Shown: in pieces, positions 1 to 9,793 of the stretch
How positions within the stretch are numbered: position 1 is the stretch's first letter
Layout: each line of letters starts with the position of its first letter
DNA from: a virus
Lineage: Duplodnaviria; Heunggongvirae; Uroviricota; Caudoviricetes
Strand: one strand, 5' to 3'
DNA: 50,568 nt
IMG/VR virus record: IMGVR_UViG_3300047548_001036
Coordinates: 64,001-114,568 of that record
Program-made: the position numbers and the translations under genes
Notes under the pieces: generated by a model
The model's input: the letters and a program-made list of their open reading frames with translations, nothing else
Databases searched by the model: none
Told to the model about the DNA's origin: nothing

Positions 1-423
1 GCAGTTACTGATAACGGCAACACAACCAACGATGACATACAGCTAAATGGATCTTCGTTAGCTCTTGCACCAGCTACTACCGCCAAGATTTGGAAAAAAG
101 CAATTGCGTTTACATTGAACGTAAACGATGGCAGTCTTGCTGCTGATACGTGGGATAAAACAGTATATCGCTCTGCCAAGTATTATATTCAGGCCACACA
201 GGGTACCAAGTATTATTCATCAGAAATTAACGTCATACACGATGGTACAACTGCATATATGACTGAGTTCTCTGTTCTTGAAAATAATGCAATGTCATGG
301 GATGCAACCACATGGTGGGCTGCTACGATTAGTGGAAACAATTTATCAATATATCCGAAGATTACCGATGCTGCTTCAACAAATGTATCGTTCATCATAG
401 AAAGAACTTTATTTGCTGTCTGA
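1..423 (+). CDS. C-terminal part of a phage virion/tail-fibre-like protein (5'-truncated by the window edge)
   Basis: Frame 1 is open from base 1 (AVTDNGNTTNDD...) to TGA at 421-423. The VTDxGNTT motif and the C-terminal 'YRSAKYYIQATQGT..YSSEINVIHDG' domain resemble phage fibre proteins. Confidence 0.7.
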   Translation, partial: AVTDNGNTTNDDIQLNGSSLALAPATTAKIWKKAIAFTLNVNDGSLAADTWDKTVYRSAKYYIQATQGTKYYSSEINVIHDGTTAYMTEFSVLENNAMSWDATTWWAATISGNNLSIYPKITDAASTNVSFIIERTLFAV

Positions 424-446
424 ACAGTCTAATAACAACTAAATAC

Positions 447-472
447 AAGGGAGTCAGAGCACTCCCTTTTTT
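447..472 (+). terminator. Intrinsic terminator
   Basis: AAGGGAGT-cagagc-ACTCCCTT stem-loop followed by a T run. Confidence 0.8.
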
Positions 473-504
473 ATTGGGTACTAACGTATAAGGCAATTTT
501 ATAC

Positions 505-1203
505 ATGGGAATTTCATACAATACAACTACAGTACGATCTGGATTAGTACTGCACCTTGATGCCGCAAATCCAAAGAGTTATACTGGATCTGGAACTACT
601 TGGAAAGATTTGAGCGGTCAAGGTAATAACAGTATCTTAGTCAACGGTGTTGGATATACCACATCTAACAATGGTAGCATGGTGTTTGACGGGGCCAATG
701 ATTATGCCACTATTAGCAGACCTAGCTCCATTGTTACTGGGGGGTCTTTGACAGTTTGTGTAATGGCTAAATGGACAACCGTTGGGACTAGCGTCAGTAA
801 TATTCAAGCCTTAGTAGATAATAATCATAGTGCGGCACCTATGCAGGGGTTTATTCTACAGGATAGACCAGATTTAAATAAAGCACTGACCTTTTCCGTG
901 CGACCGTCCTCAAGTGGCACAGTTATTTCCACATTTCAAGTAGGGGATGGAAAATGGCATTACATAGTTGGTACAAATGATGGCGCCATGTCTAAACTAT
1001 ACATAGATGGTGTATTTAACGCGCAATATGCAGAAGCCGGATTGGCAAGTGTGCAGCCGGTTGTATCAATAGGGTATTGGCAATTTGCTCCTGGTAGATA
1101 CCTAACCGGTAACATACCACTTGTACAGCTTTATAATCGAGCGCTCACTGCTCAAGAAGTACGACAAAACTTTGAAGCAGTTCGCGGGAGGTATTCGATA
1201 TGA
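505..1203 (+). CDS. LamG-like jellyroll (ConA-like lectin/glucanase) virion protein
   Basis: 'GLVLHLDAANPKSY.GSGTTW.DLSG..NN..L.NG', 'FDGANDY', 'W..IVGT', 'LYIDG' and 'YNRALTA.EV.QNFEA.RGRY' motifs. Confidence 0.85.
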   Translation: MGISYNTTTVRSGLVLHLDAANPKSYTGSGTTWKDLSGQGNNSILVNGVGYTTSNNGSMVFDGANDYATISRPSSIVTGGSLTVCVMAKWTTVGTSVSNIQALVDNNHSAAPMQGFILQDRPDLNKALTFSVRPSSSGTVISTFQVGDGKWHYIVGTNDGAMSKLYIDGVFNAQYAEAGLASVQPVVSIGYWQFAPGRYLTGNIPLVQLYNRALTAQEVRQNFEAVRGRYSI

Positions 1204-1892
1204 GTTTAGGTCACGGATCCAGTATAGTGCGAAACGGACTCGTCTTGCACCTTGACGCTGCCAATCCAAAGAGCTATACTGGCAGTGGCACAGCTGTAAC
1301 AGATATAAGCTCTAATAACAACAATAGTGTTCTAACAAACGGCGTAGCATACTCGTCTGCAAATAGGGGGTATTTTGTGTTTGATGGAACGAATGACACC
1401 ATTGACTGCGGACCAGTCCCTCAAATAGGCGCATCTCTTACAGGATTAACTGTGTCAGTGTGGTTGAATTCAACCACTAGAGCCGTAAAATGTATATTAG
1501 AAAACGGAACCGCTCATACAACAAATACGTTCTATATGTTTCAGGAAAATACAAACTATTTTACGTTTGAAGTTTTTGGTGACGGCAATTATGATGCAGT
1601 TTTTGCTAATTATGTGTATCAATTAAATGTTTGGTACAACCTAGTGGGAGTATGGTCTAGTGGGAATCGAGTAGATATGTACACCAACGGAGTGTTATCT
1701 AACGGTTCTAGGATTGGCGCCGTTAGAAATAATGTAATAAGTGGAAACACCAACATGTTTGTAGGTGCTAGAGCTGGCACAAGTTATCAATTTGCCGGGA
1801 ATATTAGCGATGTCAAATTATACAATAAAGCGCTATCTGCAGCAGAAATCCAGCAAAACTTCGAAGCCCTGCGCGGGCGTTACGGGATCTAA
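1200..1892 (+). CDS. LamG-like jellyroll virion protein (paralogue 2)
   Basis: Same motif set as 505..1203; ATGA overlap with the upstream gene. Confidence 0.85.
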   Translation: MSLGHGSSIVRNGLVLHLDAANPKSYTGSGTAVTDISSNNNNSVLTNGVAYSSANRGYFVFDGTNDTIDCGPVPQIGASLTGLTVSVWLNSTTRAVKCILENGTAHTTNTFYMFQENTNYFTFEVFGDGNYDAVFANYVYQLNVWYNLVGVWSSGNRVDMYTNGVLSNGSRIGAVRNNVISGNTNMFVGARAGTSYQFAGNISDVKLYNKALSAAEIQQNFEALRGRYGI

Positions 1893-1894
1893 CA

Positions 1895-2533
1895 ATGGCA
1901 ATATATTCTGGTATTACAAAGCAATGGATGCAGCAAGAACCTGATGGTCGAAGGCATATGACAAAAAAACTAATAGTTCAGGACGGTCTTATTGCAAGTT
2001 ACGACATGGGTGCTACTACGAGTGCTATCTCGAACACTATACCCGATATAGTAAACGGACAATATAATGCGACTGTATATAATGGACCGCAGTACCAAGA
2101 ATCCCAAAACGGGAACCTAACGTTTGATGGTACAAATGACTTCATGAAGACTCCTTCGATAAGCAATTTCAGAATGATCTGCATATTCGGGATGAAAAAC
2201 GACTCGGGAATGTCGCAATGGCGATACTTAGTTGATGCTAGACCAGGTAAGTCCGATGGATATATTGCAAATGGCATGGGCGGATGGACCTTATATCTAA
2301 ATGGTGGGAATTTAGTAACTAATAGCTGGGGTAGTATACCGACAGATCAATGGTTTTATTTGTGCGCCGATGCAAATGCAACCTATACGTCCACTATCAA
2401 TTTCATGAGCCGGGTAAGTGACAATGAGTGTTTACCGGGGAAGATTGGAAGTATCCAGATATACAACAGAGCGCTCACCGTATCTGAAATGAACATTAAC
2501 TATAAAGCAATACGAGCAAGACACGGAGTATAA
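1895..2533 (+). CDS. LamG-like jellyroll virion protein (divergent paralogue 3)
   Basis: 'IVQDGLIASYD', 'FDGTNDF' and 'IQIYNRALTVSEMNINYKAIRARHGV' motifs. Confidence 0.75.
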   Translation: MAIYSGITKQWMQQEPDGRRHMTKKLIVQDGLIASYDMGATTSAISNTIPDIVNGQYNATVYNGPQYQESQNGNLTFDGTNDFMKTPSISNFRMICIFGMKNDSGMSQWRYLVDARPGKSDGYIANGMGGWTLYLNGGNLVTNSWGSIPTDQWFYLCADANATYTSTINFMSRVSDNECLPGKIGSIQIYNRALTVSEMNINYKAIRARHGV

Positions 2534-2536
2534 CAA

Positions 2537-2797
2537 ATGTACGAAAATAGAACCTACGTAATTTTTGATGTTGCAGAACTAGACAAAATCAATTTCAACG
2601 AAGTGCTAGAAACCTCAGCAGAAACCGTAAGAAAATCAGTAGATGGAACAAAAACTTTCGTCAAATGGGAAGATGGCGGATCAGTACCTGCATCCGTCGA
2701 AACATTGATGACAAAGGGCGCATATCTAACCCATGAAGAGATACTTGATATACTTGCAACACCTGCTTGGGCTGCGCCGCCCGAATCCATGGTTTGA
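2537..2797 (+). CDS. Small conserved phage hypothetical protein, typically next to LamG genes
   Basis: 86 aa; 'INFNEVLETSAETVRKSVDGTKTFVKW' and 'THEEILDILAT.AW'; tightly packed in the operon. Confidence 0.7.
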   Translation: MYENRTYVIFDVAELDKINFNEVLETSAETVRKSVDGTKTFVKWEDGGSVPASVETLMTKGAYLTHEEILDILATPAWAAPPESMV

Positions 2798-2803
2798 TAA
2801 ATA
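2798..2803 (+). promoter_or_regulatory. TAAATA late-promoter-like element upstream of fibre gene 2846
   Basis: Intergenic TAAATA directly after a stop codon; one of about 20 such intergenic copies. Confidence 0.55.
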
Positions 2804-2845
2804 ACATAATTAGAACTTTTTAAAGCTTACTGGGGAAAGTGAACC

Positions 2846-5800
2846 GTGGCAAACAATAAATTCGTAGTCAAGAATGGACTACTAACTCAAGACATTGAAT
2901 TCGTATCACCGAATCGTCAACATACTATTTCAATCGACATGCTGGACACCGATACGCTTAGTATATCTGGCAACAGCGGTCAATTATTTTCAATTACCGA
3001 TAATTTAACTGGCACAATTTTTGCAGTTAACGATATATCCGGGGTTCCTAGTATTGAAGTATTCGATACTGGCAAAATTCAGCTAGCCGAAACATTCGGT
3101 AATGTGTTAATCGGCACCAGCACAGATAATGGTACTGATAAACTTCAGGTAAATGGATACATTTCGGCAACTGGGTATATCGGTACTGGCACAGGGTTAA
3201 CGAACCTTAATGCATCAAACTTAACCACTGGTACGGTTTCTACTGCACGACTAGGCTCTGGTACCGCAAACACTACTACTTGGCTTCGTGGAGACGGTAC
3301 TTGGCAAGTAGGACCATTAGGATATACCGGGTCTCAAGGTACTACAGGGTACACCGGATCCACAGGGTATACTGGCAGTCAAGGTGTAATCGGTTATACT
3401 GGATCTACTGGCTATACCGGATCAAAAGGAGATATTGGCTACACTGGATCTACTGGCTATACCGGATCAAAAGGCGATGTTGGATATACTGGTAGCAAGG
3501 GCGACATAGGATATACTGGTTCAAAAGGCGATATTGGTTATACTGGGTCTGTTGGCTACACTGGATCAAAAGGCGATATTGGATATACTGGTAGCAAGGG
3601 AGATATTGGTTATACTGGATCTACCGGCGCTGGCTATACAGGTAGCAAGGGAGATATTGGTTATACTGGATCAAAAGGCGATATAGGCTACACTGGGTCC
3701 ACCGGTGTTCAGGAAATTGCACGGATTGGTAGAAATATTTACAGCAGTCAAGCAGGCACTGGAGGAACTGGTCTAGATAACTTCTTTGCTGGAAAGTATG
3801 CTGGACTTTGCAATACTACCGGCAGCAACAACTTTTTTGTAGGGTTATATGCAGGAGTCTGCAACACACACGGATCCAATAATACATTTATAGGAACGCG
3901 GGCCGGTCAGACTAATACTACCGGGTGTCATAATAATTTCATTGGCAATCAAGCCGGTCGGTATAACACATTTGGTAATGGTAATAACTTCTTCGGGCAG
4001 TTTGCTGGGATTTTTAATACGACAGGATCCCACAACTTCTTTGCCGGATCTTATGTCGGATATTGCAATACTACTGGCAGCAACAACTTCTTTGCTGGAC
4101 GATGTGCTGGTTACAAGAATACCACCGCTACTAATAATATTTTTATAGGAGACGGTGCAGGCTATTCGAACACTACCGGTAACCATAATTTCTTCGCTGG
4201 ATCGGTTGCAGGGTATTGCAACACTACCGGGCGTAATAACGTTTTTATCGGTTCGAGCGCAGGTTGTGCTAACACTACCGGTACTTGCAATATTTTTATC
4301 GGTCCAGGCGCAGGCGAAAGAAATACACGCGGCTCGCAAAACATATTTTTAGGTAGAGCCGGGCTGTATAATAGCACTGGTAACGACAACATTTTCTTTG
4401 GTTGTTATGCAGGGCGTAGCAACACTACCGGAACTAACAATATTTTCTTTGGTCCAGAGTCAGGCTGCCTTAATACAGTCGGATCTTGGAACCATTTCTT
4501 TGGAGCACATGCTGGTCGCGCAAACCTTACTGGTGATGCCAATATTTTCATCGGAGGATGTGCTGGATGTTCTAACGTTTCTGGTAATGCTAACGTCTTT
4601 ATTGGAATACGTGCAGGATGCTGCAATACAGCCGGATGTTATAACGTATTCATTGGACAGGACACCGGGATATCAAATACTACAGGTAAAGATAATACGT
4701 TCATCGGTCGTAGTGCTGGTCGATGCAATACTACCGGCATTGATAATACATTCATCGGCCGCAGTGCTGGATTTTTCAATACCACCGGGTCTAATAATAC
4801 TTTTATTGGTGGACAGGCTGGCGCTTCTAACACCTCCGGACAAGACAACTTCTTTGCCGGACAGTGTGCCGGTTATTCGAACACCACAGGCGGAGGTAAT
4901 AATTTCTTTGGGTATCAAGCCGGTCTATGTAATACTTCCGGTTACTATAACAATTTCTTTGGATATCGAGCTGGATGCAGCAATACTACCGGAAATAATA
5001 ACACCTTTATCGGTGTCAATGCCGGTCGTTGTAATACTATAGGATGTAGTAACACATTTATAGGCTTGAGCGCCGGTTTTAAAAATGTCAGCGGAAAATA
5101 TAACACATTTATCGGAGAATCTGCAGGCCGCGGAAATATTAACGGTAATAGCAATATAGCGGCAGGGTACGCTGCTTTATATCTAAACACTACTGGTAGC
5201 TGCAATATAGTATTTGGAGAGAGCGCAGGATTTTCAAATACTACCGGATCTCACAATTTCTTCGCCGGGCTGTGTGCCGGATATAGTAATACTGTTGGCA
5301 GCAACAACTTCTTTGCTGGATCTTGTGCTGGTTACTCGAACACCACCGGCAACTACAATAACTTCTTTGGCAACTTCGCAGGATATGCAAACACCACCGG
5401 CAACAATAACACCTTCTTTGGTTGTAATGCAGGCTGTGCAGTAACTACAGGATCAAATAACATTATTATCGGTTCTGTAAATGGAACCAGTAATTTAACC
5501 AGCACAGTAATTTTAGCGACTGGTACAACTGAAAGACTAAAAGTTGACGCCGTAGGACTTACTGTTAACTCCTCATTGTACGGAGTATCTGTACTTAAAG
5601 CATCGACTACTAACGGTACCGCAACAGTACTAACCACAGATGGCGCAGCTGCAGGTGCTGATAATCAAATTATACTACCTAACGACTCTACTTATGCATT
5701 TAAGGTTTTAGTTGCAGCACGCAGAACCGATGCAGACGGAGAATCAGCGGGTTATGAGTTCAGCGGTGTTATAGATCGTAATACCAACGCTGCATCCACA

Positions 5801-5971
5801 GCTGTAGTCGGCTCTGTTACAAAGACTTTATTAGCTGAAGATTCTGCTGCGTGGGATGCGACAGTTACAGCAGATACAACTAACGGTGGAATAAAGATTG
5901 AAGTAACAGGTGAAACATCTAAAACTATTAGCTGGGTGGCAACTATATGGACTTCTAGAGTTACAGGATAA
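2846..5971 (+). CDS. Long tail-fibre/adhesin-like protein with collagen-like and 14-aa beta-roll repeats
   Basis: GTG start; 1041 aa. N-terminus 'NKFVVKNGL', then a Gly-X-Y (GYT/GSK/GDI) block, tandem 'G..N.F[FI]G..AG..NTT' repeats and a C-terminal beta domain. Confidence 0.85.
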   Translation: MANNKFVVKNGLLTQDIEFVSPNRQHTISIDMLDTDTLSISGNSGQLFSITDNLTGTIFAVNDISGVPSIEVFDTGKIQLAETFGNVLIGTSTDNGTDKLQVNGYISATGYIGTGTGLTNLNASNLTTGTVSTARLGSGTANTTTWLRGDGTWQVGPLGYTGSQGTTGYTGSTGYTGSQGVIGYTGSTGYTGSKGDIGYTGSTGYTGSKGDVGYTGSKGDIGYTGSKGDIGYTGSVGYTGSKGDIGYTGSKGDIGYTGSTGAGYTGSKGDIGYTGSKGDIGYTGSTGVQEIARIGRNIYSSQAGTGGTGLDNFFAGKYAGLCNTTGSNNFFVGLYAGVCNTHGSNNTFIGTRAGQTNTTGCHNNFIGNQAGRYNTFGNGNNFFGQFAGIFNTTGSHNFFAGSYVGYCNTTGSNNFFAGRCAGYKNTTATNNIFIGDGAGYSNTTGNHNFFAGSVAGYCNTTGRNNVFIGSSAGCANTTGTCNIFIGPGAGERNTRGSQNIFLGRAGLYNSTGNDNIFFGCYAGRSNTTGTNNIFFGPESGCLNTVGSWNHFFGAHAGRANLTGDANIFIGGCAGCSNVSGNANVFIGIRAGCCNTAGCYNVFIGQDTGISNTTGKDNTFIGRSAGRCNTTGIDNTFIGRSAGFFNTTGSNNTFIGGQAGASNTSGQDNFFAGQCAGYSNTTGGGNNFFGYQAGLCNTSGYYNNFFGYRAGCSNTTGNNNTFIGVNAGRCNTIGCSNTFIGLSAGFKNVSGKYNTFIGESAGRGNINGNSNIAAGYAALYLNTTGSCNIVFGESAGFSNTTGSHNFFAGLCAGYSNTVGSNNFFAGSCAGYSNTTGNYNNFFGNFAGYANTTGNNNTFFGCNAGCAVTTGSNNIIIGSVNGTSNLTSTVILATGTTERLKVDAVGLTVNSSLYGVSVLKASTTNGTATVLTTDGAAAGADNQIILPNDSTYAFKVLVAARRTDADGESAGYEFSGVIDRNTNAASTAVVGSVTKTLLAEDSAAWDATVTADTTNGGIKIEVTGETSKTISWVATIWTSRVTG
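3311..3708 (+). repeat. Collagen-like Gly-X-Y coding repeat (GYTGSKGDI-type units; 16 GYTGS copies)
   Basis: 18/27-bp imperfect tandem units that differ mainly at third codon positions. Confidence 0.9.
3775..5475 (+). repeat. Tandem 14-residue (42-bp) Asn/Gly/Cys-rich repeats, likely a beta-roll
   Basis: Recurring G-x-x-N-x-F-[FI]-G-x-x-A-G-x-x-N-T-T consensus with period about 14 aa; boundaries approximate. Confidence 0.85.
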
Positions 5972-6003
5972 TACACTATGATTTTTAAACAATATGTTTT
6001 AGT

Positions 6004-6009
6004 TAAATA
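6004..6009 (+). promoter_or_regulatory. TAAATA late-promoter-like element upstream of fibre gene 6042
   Basis: Intergenic TAAATA; an AGGAG Shine-Dalgarno follows before the ATG at 6042. Confidence 0.55.
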
Positions 6010-6041
6010 CTACAGTAATCTTTCTTTTGTAGGAGTAGTCA

Positions 6042-9000
6042 ATGGCGATTAATTTTGATCATAGTGGTGCCGGTAATGTAACTTTAAAATCCCCTGCTAA
6101 CGGTAACGCTATAATGGTGTTACCTGCTGACAACGGAAGTGCAGGGCAAGCATTAATCACTGATGGTTCTGGAAATTTATCTTACTCGTCCAACGTTGGC
6201 TATACCGGATCAAAAGGTGATATTGGATATACTGGCAGTCGTGGTGATACTGGATATGCTGGGTCAAAGGGGGATGTAGGATACACCGGATCTACTGGTG
6301 CTGGTTATACTGGTTCAAAAGGAGATATTGGTTATACTGGGTCAAAAGGAGATATTGGTTATACTGGCTCTACTGGTGTACAGGAAATTGCACTTAATGG
6401 TACTACGATCTACAGCAGCCAGGCAGGAAATGGCGGTACCGGAAACTTCTTTGTTGGAGAGCTAGCCGGGGCCGTGACCACCAGCGGTACGAATAACGTA
6501 TTTTTTGGATGTCGGACAGGATGGGCTAATATTTCAGGATCTAACAATATGTTTATTGGCTACCAAGCCGGATATTGTAACTCATTTGGAAGTAATAACT
6601 TCTTTGCTGGATTGTGTAGTGGTTATAAAAATACCACTGGTTCAAACAACGTTTTTATAGGTTGTTGGTCTGGGTATAACAACACTGTTGGATGTAAAAA
6701 TATTTTAATTGGTGATGGTTCCGGTGCTGAAGTATCCACCGGATCAAACAACGTCATCATTGGAAGTGTTGCTGGATCTGCTGGGTTGTGTAATACGGTT
6801 ATTCTTGCAGCAGGTGCTACCGAGAGATTAAAAGTTGATGCTACTGGACTGTTTATCAACGGTGTTGCATTTACTGCCGGAGTAGGCTATACTGGTAGTA
6901 TTGGATATACAGGCAGTCAAGGTGCAACTGGTTATACTGGATCAAGTGGAGACATTGGATATACCGGTAGTATTGGCTATGCAGGTAGTGTAGGGTATAC
7001 TGGATCCGTTGGATATACTGGTAGCCAAGGAGTAATTGGTTATACTGGATCTACTGGTGCTGGATATACAGGCAGTCAGGGTGTAATTGGTTATACTGGC
7101 AGTAAGGGAGACATTGGTTATACTGGATCTGTTGGTGTACAAGAAATTGCACGTACTGGTACTAATATCTACAGCAGTCAAGCAGGCACTGGTAGTACTG
7201 GTACTTATAATTTCTTTGTTGGGTGTCGAGCAGGTGCATGTAACAGCACTGGAGCATATAATAACTTTTTCGGAAGATGCGCTGGATTCAAAAATACTGC
7301 AGGAAGCAGCAATAACTTTTTTGGTGATCGATCCGGGTTTTGCAATACTACCGGATGTCATAACTTCTTTGCTGGAGATCGAGCGGGTAGAGCAAATACT
7401 ACAGGTGGTTATAATACTTTCATCGGATATCAGGCCGGCGACTCGAACACTACTGGTAACTTCAATACATTCATTGGAAGATGGACCGGATATTCAAATA
7501 CTTACGGTAATAACAATACGTTCATTGGACGTAGTGCCGGGTTCATAAATGGTACCGGTAGCAATAACTTATTTTTCGGTTATTATGCCGGCCATTTAAA
7601 TAGCACAGGATCTTATAATTTATTCTTAGGATCACAATCCGGATATAGTAATACTTCTGGATGTGGTAACATCTTTACTGGTCGATGTGCTGGATACAGT
7701 AACATTTCCGGATGCCATAACTTCTTTTCTGGCGCCAATGCCGGATTATGCAACATTAGCGGCAGCTACAATACATTCATTGGAGTGGGTGCTGGTATGT
7801 GCAATACCACTGGAAATCACAACATATTTGTTGGAATGTGGTCCGGGTGTTCGAACACATTTGGTAGCAATAATACTTTCTTTGGATGTTGTGCAGGTGC
7901 ATGTAACACTACTGGTACCGGTAATACATTCATAGGACAACTTGCTGGGTCATGTACCACATTTGGTAATAACAACTTCTTTGCTGGAACCAGTGCAGGA
8001 ACTAGTAATGCTACGGGTAATAACAATACATTTATCGGCAACCTCGCCGGCTGGGCCAACCGTAGCGGATGTAACAATACCTTTATAGGATGCCAATCAG
8101 GATATGCTAATCAAGCTGGATGCGACAATACCTTTATCGGACTTTGCTCTGGACAACTAAACTCTGCCGGAAATAACAACACATTTATTGGGAGATGTGC
8201 TGGCAGATCAAATACAACTGGAAGTAACAACACATTTATCGGACAACATGCTGGATACAATAACACGACTGGAGTTCAAAATATATTTATTGGATGCTAT
8301 GCCGGTTATAATTCTACCTACGGCAATTATAATTTCTTCCTCGGTTATAAGTCTGGATGTACAAGTAGCAACAGTTATAGTAATATCTTCATCGGAAAGT
8401 ATAGTGGAAAGGCAGTTACAACCGGTAGCTATAATATATTCTTCGGAAATTCTTCCGGTGCATTAACTACAACCGGTAATAACAACATATTTTTTGGGTG
8501 CGGCGCCGGTTATTCTACAAACACTGGAGTTCATAATACTATCTTTGGCAGCGCTGCTGGATTTTCGAATACTACTGGCAGTCATAATACATTCTTTGGC
8601 TGGTGCGCCGGAGTATCAAATACTACTGGATCCAATAATACATTTATCGGATGCAGGGCAGGATGTGCAGTAACTACTGGATCAAACAACATCATTATAG
8701 GAAGTGTGGTTGGATCATCTGACTTATCTAATACAGTTATTCTTGCTGCTGGTACCACCGAAAGATTAAAAGTTAATGCAACTGGGTTGTTTATCAACGG
8801 AACTGCATTTACCGGTGGAGCAGGTGTATTTAGTGTTTGTAATACCACAAGCATTGTTAGTTGTCTAGGTGGCACCAGTGGAACTGGCACACATAACTTC
8901 TTTGCTGGGTATTGCTCGGGTCGATCAAATACTACTGGTAATTACAACACTTTTATTGGAGCCGAAGCAGGATGTTCAACTACATTCGGACATAATAACT

Positions 9001-9788
9001 TTTTTGTCGGAAATAAATCTGGATTCTGTAACGTTACCGGGGAACATAATACCTTTATAGGATACTATTCAGGACTAAGTAACACTGGCGGTGCATTTAA
9101 TACATTTATTGGACAACGTGCTGGGTTCAGTAATACCACAGGAAGTTACAATATTTTTAACGGGGCGTGCGCGGGTCGAGCAAATACTACCGGTAATACG
9201 AACATAATGCTTGGCACCAGGGCAGGGTTTAACGCAACCACAGGGTCTTCTAATATTCTCATTGGATATAACTCAGGATGTTCGATAACTACCGGTGCTA
9301 ATAACGTTATTATAGGAAGTATAGTCGGTTCAGCTGGCTTATGTGATACCGTTATTATTGCAGCGGGTACAACTGAGAGAATAAAAGTTGATACCACTGG
9401 ATTATACATTAACGGTTCTCCATTTACAGGATCTCAATCATCTGCTGTGCCTACTGTATTAAACGACATTTCTACGCAGTTTGATGGAGAGAAAACTGTC
9501 TTTAATTTATTGGTAGACCAAACAAGTATAAATACTATAGTTGATTCAAAGGATTTAGAAGTAATCGTCAATGGACGGAGGTTAACACCGTATGTAGATA
9601 CCTTACATTATCCATGGATTTCTGTCTACGATTCTTTTAAAGGATTCAGAGTAGTAGGCGATAAAATTTTAATTTATAACGCACCGGAGGCTGGTGATTC
9701 TGCATTTATTTCACTAACACAAGTCTCTACCACAAGACAAAAAAGAAAATACCCGTTTAGTGCAACAACAATTGCATTAGGAGATTAA
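6042..9788 (+). CDS. Second long tail-fibre/adhesin-like protein (three beta-roll modules, two collagen blocks)
   Basis: 1248 aa; same repeats as 2846..5971. Each module ends in 'G.NN..IGS..G...L..TVI.AAG.TER.KV..TGL.ING'; the C-terminal domain is distinct. Confidence 0.85.
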   Translation: MAINFDHSGAGNVTLKSPANGNAIMVLPADNGSAGQALITDGSGNLSYSSNVGYTGSKGDIGYTGSRGDTGYAGSKGDVGYTGSTGAGYTGSKGDIGYTGSKGDIGYTGSTGVQEIALNGTTIYSSQAGNGGTGNFFVGELAGAVTTSGTNNVFFGCRTGWANISGSNNMFIGYQAGYCNSFGSNNFFAGLCSGYKNTTGSNNVFIGCWSGYNNTVGCKNILIGDGSGAEVSTGSNNVIIGSVAGSAGLCNTVILAAGATERLKVDATGLFINGVAFTAGVGYTGSIGYTGSQGATGYTGSSGDIGYTGSIGYAGSVGYTGSVGYTGSQGVIGYTGSTGAGYTGSQGVIGYTGSKGDIGYTGSVGVQEIARTGTNIYSSQAGTGSTGTYNFFVGCRAGACNSTGAYNNFFGRCAGFKNTAGSSNNFFGDRSGFCNTTGCHNFFAGDRAGRANTTGGYNTFIGYQAGDSNTTGNFNTFIGRWTGYSNTYGNNNTFIGRSAGFINGTGSNNLFFGYYAGHLNSTGSYNLFLGSQSGYSNTSGCGNIFTGRCAGYSNISGCHNFFSGANAGLCNISGSYNTFIGVGAGMCNTTGNHNIFVGMWSGCSNTFGSNNTFFGCCAGACNTTGTGNTFIGQLAGSCTTFGNNNFFAGTSAGTSNATGNNNTFIGNLAGWANRSGCNNTFIGCQSGYANQAGCDNTFIGLCSGQLNSAGNNNTFIGRCAGRSNTTGSNNTFIGQHAGYNNTTGVQNIFIGCYAGYNSTYGNYNFFLGYKSGCTSSNSYSNIFIGKYSGKAVTTGSYNIFFGNSSGALTTTGNNNIFFGCGAGYSTNTGVHNTIFGSAAGFSNTTGSHNTFFGWCAGVSNTTGSNNTFIGCRAGCAVTTGSNNIIIGSVVGSSDLSNTVILAAGTTERLKVNATGLFINGTAFTGGAGVFSVCNTTSIVSCLGGTSGTGTHNFFAGYCSGRSNTTGNYNTFIGAEAGCSTTFGHNNFFVGNKSGFCNVTGEHNTFIGYYSGLSNTGGAFNTFIGQRAGFSNTTGSYNIFNGACAGRANTTGNTNIMLGTRAGFNATTGSSNILIGYNSGCSITTGANNVIIGSIVGSAGLCDTVIIAAGTTERIKVDTTGLYINGSPFTGSQSSAVPTVLNDISTQFDGEKTVFNLLVDQTSINTIVDSKDLEVIVNGRRLTPYVDTLHYPWISVYDSFKGFRVVGDKILIYNAPEAGDSAFISLTQVSTTRQKRKYPFSATTIALGD
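6198..6378 (+). repeat. Collagen-like GYTGS block 1 of fibre 6042
   Basis: 6 GYTGS plus 1 GYAGS in Gly-X-Y register; the last about 38 aa are identical to the end of the block in fibre 2846. Confidence 0.85.
6883..7138 (+). repeat. Collagen-like GYTGS block 2 of fibre 6042
   Basis: 10 GYTGS plus 1 GYAGS in Gly-X-Y register. Confidence 0.85.
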
Positions 9789-9793
9789 AAAAA

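Noticed and set aside
520-1300. Near-duplicate DNA at the starts of the LamG genes, and an Mtd_N-like domain at 35622, hinting at a diversity-generating retroelement
   Set aside because: Differences are at synonymous third positions and not adenine-specific, and no reverse transcriptase or non-coding template repeat is in the window. This is ordinary paralogy.
3311-9325. Regularly spaced repeats that could be mistaken for a CRISPR array or satellite
   Set aside because: The repeats are in-frame, degenerate at wobble positions and encode collagen/beta-roll units; there is no constant repeat with unique spacers. The exonuclease at 34902 is a stand-alone phage PD-(D/E)XK enzyme.
9527-9534. Perfect TATAAATA inside the 3' end of fibre gene 6042
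   Set aside because: It lies within coding sequence (S-I-N-T) about 260 nt from the next start. It could be an internal promoter, but chance occurrence in AT-rich DNA cannot be excluded.
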